64,000 bases of DNA. Source: Eledone cirrhosa. Taxonomy: Eukaryota. The stretch covers positions 3,038,001 to 3,102,000 of the forward strand of contig OZ024749.1 in assembly GCA_964016885.1 (NCBI GenBank). The letters run 5' to 3'. Position numbers and translations under genes: made by a program. Position 1 is the first letter of the stretch; every line of letters begins with the position of its first letter. Below, piece by piece: positions 58,816-64,000 of this stretch. The notes under the pieces were generated by a model. That model ran no database searches and was not told the origin of the DNA. It saw only the letters and a program-made list of their open reading frames with translations.

Positions 58816-58926
58816 AATATTTGCCCATCATGGAAAGCCGGCGGATTCTTACCCAGATTTATATGATTTCTAACGCGGAGTATGCTCCAATAAATTATAT
58901 ACACATATCCATAAATACATGTATAC

Positions 58927-58979
<53 letters not shown>

Positions 58980-59621
58980 CATATTTAGACAAGGTGCGTT
59001 ATTTTTATTATATTTTACCATATATATATATATATATGTATACACATACATATATATCTAGATCTAGGTGGACCTATACATAGATAGAGAGATTCATACA
59101 TACACGAATATATATATATACATATATACACACACACATATATATATATATATATACATATATATACATATGTATACATATATATACATATATATACATA
59201 TATATATATATCTATCCGCATACAACTTACACGTTCATATTTAGATTGTCTTTGGAGATATGTCGAGATATGATTAACGGAGTCTGGCTATTTTTTCTTC
59301 TTATCTGCTGTATATCCCTGCTACTGAGTTAGCATATCTATCCTTTGTTGGAATATCAGATAAGGAGGTGGTTTGATCAATTGCCAAATGTTCATATAGA
59401 AAAAAAAATGACAATCGAATAGCTTATATTCCCTCTTAGAAAATCACATTTCTCATATTCATAGTGACACCGCATTCAGAAGCCCTGTCGTTTATATATA
59501 TATGTGTGTGTGTGTGCGCGCGCGTGTCTGTGTTTATGTGTGTCTGTGTGTATATATATATATAGATACATGCATGTATATGTCTATATTAGTCACTCAC
59601 ACACTTATATGTAAGCATGTT

Positions 59622-59674
<53 letters not shown>

Positions 59675-60298
59675 ATACATTAATCACATTGGTGACGTTT
59701 GGATTATTCTATGTTTGTTTGGTTATTTCTATATATATTTGCTGCAGAGAAAGCTGTTCTTTTTGGCCATATACAGTGAATCAAATGCTGAGAATATGAC
59801 TTGTGGTTATTCATCTAAATCTGCTTTCTAATGTACCACTTTGACCGAGAGGATCTGAGTCACCTCATATAAAAAACAGATATCAATAGGACGTGTTCAT
59901 ATGTATTCGCAAATCTGCCTATTCACTGTTAAATCAACTTTCATTTTGTGCCTGGGAAGTTAAGAGGCAAAGAAAAACGGTTTCTTTGTTGAACTGGAAA
60001 TGAAATTGCCACAACTTTGAATGTAATTGTCATCTGTAGATCATATACACGTTATGTAACTTATCAACGACTATATATTCCGATTGAAAGGTCTCCTAAA
60101 TATCTATGGTAAAAGTATAGAATATACACATTGTAAATATTCTTATATGGCGTGGGGAAGCCACAACAACGAACATTTGTTTCTTTCAAACTCGTACGAA
60201 AATAATGTGTACAAGAAAAGCAAATCTTTATATTACAGTACGTGGAATCAATGGCGTCCATCGTGTATATATATTTATATATATATATGTATATATAT

Positions 60299-60347
<49 letters not shown>

Positions 60348-60352
60348 CACAT

Positions 60353-60408
<56 letters not shown>

Positions 60409-60583
60409 GAAAAGTGTAATTTTCTACACAAAACGAAGGTTATAGAGAAAATTGGGGTTGGTAATGGCACATGGAATATATAAGAGACAGAATACTTTTT
60501 TGTGAAAAAACATAATTTTATAAGGTAAGGAAATAATAAAGGGTATAAAAAATGACCGGTTTCGATGGGTCTGCAAAAGCCAT

Positions 60584-60672
<89 letters not shown>

Positions 60673-60706
60673 TATGTATATATATATATTTATGTATATA
60701 TATATT

Positions 60707-60737
<31 letters not shown>

Positions 60738-60800
60738 ATATATATAAATATATATATATACATACATAGATATATATACACATATATATATATATATATA

Positions 60801-60920
60801 GTGAAGGCGTGTGGCTCAATGGTTAGAGAATTTGATTCGCAATCGTGAGGTTGTGAGTTCGATTCTCGGACCGGGCGATGCGTTATATCCTTGAGCAAGA
60901 CACTTTATTTCACGTTGCTC
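60801..60920 (+). mobile_element. tRNA-derived CORE-like SINE (S2)
   Basis: A-box tggctcaatggttag, B-box gagttcgattct, CORE-like tccttgagcaagacacttt. Confidence 0.8.
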
Positions 60921-61022
60921 CTTCTACCTGGAGTTGCGACCGATAGATAGTATTAGCAACTGGAAAGACCGATGGAAACAATGTTTCCTCCGTCCGATTT
61001 GACGAAAGTCGATCGTTCCTAC

Positions 61023-61053
<31 letters not shown>

Positions 61054-61115
61054 TATGTATGTATATATATATATTTATGTATGTATATATATATATATTT
61101 ATGTATATATATATA

Positions 61116-61153
<38 letters not shown>

Positions 61154-61355
61154 GAGAGAGAGAGTGAGAGTGGTAGAACCTGGAAGGTAATATTCGTAGT
61201 GGTAGAGCACTCAGTCCAGGGAACGAGTTACGTAGAAGTGGTAACACAACAGTAAGTTCACCAGACCGAGAAGAATTGAAACTAGAAAGCACAGCCCAAT
61301 ATAGCCAAAATTGTAAATTGTATCTCAACCTAACGGGAGATATTACATATAAAGG

Positions 61356-61410
<55 letters not shown>

Positions 61411-61766
61411 ATAAATATACATGTGTTTTGCAACGGGTCACTTTGTGGCTCAATGAAGAATTAATAAATTAAATAATCAGAGCTATATATCATAAAACAT
61501 GTCTATAGAATCGCCAGATAAAATATATACCGTTTCCTCTCCCAATTAGAATAATTAACCATATAAAAAATCAATTAGACCAAGCTATAAGAATAAAGGC
61601 TCCTATGAAGAAATCTCCGACAAATAACCGAAAGTAGCCCCTTCGCGGCGGTTACGACGAATTATTTATCGAATATTTCTACAGCTTGTATAAATCGACC
61701 AGATATACAGTCAACTAAACAGAATTAGGTGTAAAATAAACTAGAAGAAAGTGTACATACTTAATC

Positions 61767-61845
61767 ACCTCTACCATGGTTTCATCCGCATTTTAAGACA
61801 TCCGATAACATTGTAAATCTAGAGCTTCGGATTTGTTCAGGAAGT
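61767..61845 (-). ncRNA. Hammerhead-like motif (CTGAACA core, probably inactivated)
   Basis: Reverse complement: acttc-CTGAACA-a-atccg...cggat-GAAAC-CATG-GTA-gaggt. Confidence 0.6.
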
Positions 61846-61902
61846 TAGCTCAAATTTAGACAATTAATTTTCCAGAGGAAATGGTATATATTTTATCTGG
61901 CG

Positions 61903-61949
<47 letters not shown>

Positions 61950-62949
61950 GTATATATATATATATCGTTTCTGAATTTGTTTAGCAAGATTCTTTATCTG
62001 AAACCGTGTGTTGAGACCGATATTGTTATACTTTGGGAGAGTCATGTTGCCAATAAGAAACACACGCACCAGTTGCTTTCACTTCAATTTATTATAATAA
62101 ATTTATAAATTTAGGAATTTATAAATTTCCGGTTCGTTGGTTGGTTCCACAAACAGAAGGTTGTTTATATATTGTCAAAGTTCTTTCGTCACACATTATG
62201 TGACCTCTTCAGTGACTGGGGATTCTTTTCTTTGTTTTTGTGCCTCTCCTTTGTTCTGTCCTACGCCATCTTATTTCTGTGTGCGTGTTGTGTTTTCAGT
62301 CTGCGCATGCGCCACATCCGGGTGTCTGTGTGTGTTTATATTCGTTTATTTATTTGTTTATTTACATGTTACTGGTTGGTTGTTTGTTCTATGTGCGTGT
62401 GTGTTTTCATTTTGTCATTAATTGTAATTTGTGATGTTGCTGTTCCACTCATGTTTTCTATTTAATTTTGGTTGTAATTCTTATTGGCTACATGACCCTC
62501 CCAACGTATAACAATATATATATATATATATATATATAAGAGTATTGAAGATTGCTTGAAGCATTGTGGAATAATAAGATTTATTTTCATTTGGTCGTTT
62601 TGGAAGCCTCAACAATGCAGATAGATAAATCTACGGGTAATAGGATACGGTTGTAAATAGAGAGATGTAAGGGAATGTAGAATGAGATGTATAGTGTGTA
62701 GAGGAACGTAGGAAAGAGCGTAAACAATAAAAATGATAACACGAGATATAGTTACCTTGGGAGAGATTTAATTGTCACTATATTTCGGATTCGTATCCAT
62801 CAACTCGGACGTTTTCGGCGGTGGTGGCGGGGGTGGTGGAGTGAACTTATCTGTCGGAGAGGAACGGTACGTGGGTGGCCTCTGCTGTTCGCTGTTTGTC
62901 ACATGTATAAATATAGATACACACAAACACACACACAAACACACACACA

Positions 62950-63046
<97 letters not shown>

Positions 63047-63612
63047 CAGGAAAGAAGGTTGACATGGTTTGCTATACAAAAAAGGTTTAATCACATAGCT
63101 TACATTTGTTTCACTGAGCTGGCAGGTCTAGAGATCGCTATTCGCTTATTTTCGCGTTACTCGATCGCAAATACAAAATTATAACCAGTCAGATCTTCGG
63201 AGCATGCGAGAATGAAGAAAATACACAGGCAAGAAAAGAATAGAATATACAGGCTACTATATGAAGTAGTAATGGCATTCAATTAGAACAATAACAACAA
63301 TTACAACAATGCTATCAATAAATTATTTATTTAAGGAGACCCTGACATTACTTAGTTGGGGGGGGGGGCATATAATGTATCTAACGTTACGGCGTCTAAA
63401 ACTAGCTGTCATGAGGCAAAAGAAAGCGTTTGGCATGTACAGAGTATCGAAGTGTCTATCAATTTTAAATTTTAAAGATAAGCTACTGTTTACAGTCTTT
63501 CTCTTCATCATCAATAGTATACATGAGTGGGACAAATAGATGTTGAGTCAATACAGAGGTTAACGAAGTAATATACGCATATATTTACGCACACACATAC
63601 ACACACACACAT

Positions 63613-63671
<59 letters not shown>

Positions 63672-64000
63672 TGCATGTGTACATAGACACATACATACAC
63701 ATCAATATACACTCGTACAAAAATATACATACATGCAAAGAGATAAGCGTGCTAATTGTAATTATGGCAAAAAGAAGGTAGAGTTACATTGTAGTAGTGA
63801 TTTGAGAAAAACTAGGATTTAGGATCAAATGATGACAGCAGCTGAGAAGGAATAAGTTTGTTGGTAGATGAGGTATTTACAGACAATTATGCGGTATAGA
63901 CTTGTGAAGGATATAGTATACTTAATCAATATATTTCTGTGGGTAGTAGTTATCCTAATTTAAAGCTATGTTATGTTGGTTCGATTCACGGAGGTTTCAA

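Noticed and set aside
60801-60880. tRNA gene
   Set aside because: It has A and B boxes but no acceptor-stem closure and continues into a CORE-like SINE body with other copies in the window.

Overview
This is eukaryotic, AT-rich, apparently intergenic or intronic DNA packed with (TA)n, (CA)n, (CT)n, (TAGA)n and (TTA)n microsatellites, with one 200-N gap at 38046-38245. The SINE types and microsatellite density resemble a cephalopod (Octopus-like) genome, but that is inference. I found no host protein-coding gene that I can support; almost all ORF-track entries are translated microsatellites. The recognisable content is transposable elements: four Penelope-like element (PLE) coding remnants (three GIY-YIG endonuclease fragments, one RT/thumb fragment), an R4/Dong-like RLE LINE and a Tx1/L1-like APE LINE sharing one (TTA)n tract, an RTE fragment, two tRNA-derived SINE families, a Helentron/DINE-like element and a 61-bp minisatellite. 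The main hidden signal is about 18 full or near-full type I hammerhead ribozyme (HHR) motifs, plus several half motifs, on both strands. They sit in short non-coding modules inserted between (TA)n tracts and belong to many unrelated sequence families. Many share the layout HHR, AT-rich spacer, YGAGTRC motif, (TA)n, and many occur as inverted or tandem duplications. Some carry non-canonical cores (U3-A8, C4). All folds were read by eye and none has been tested for cleavage.
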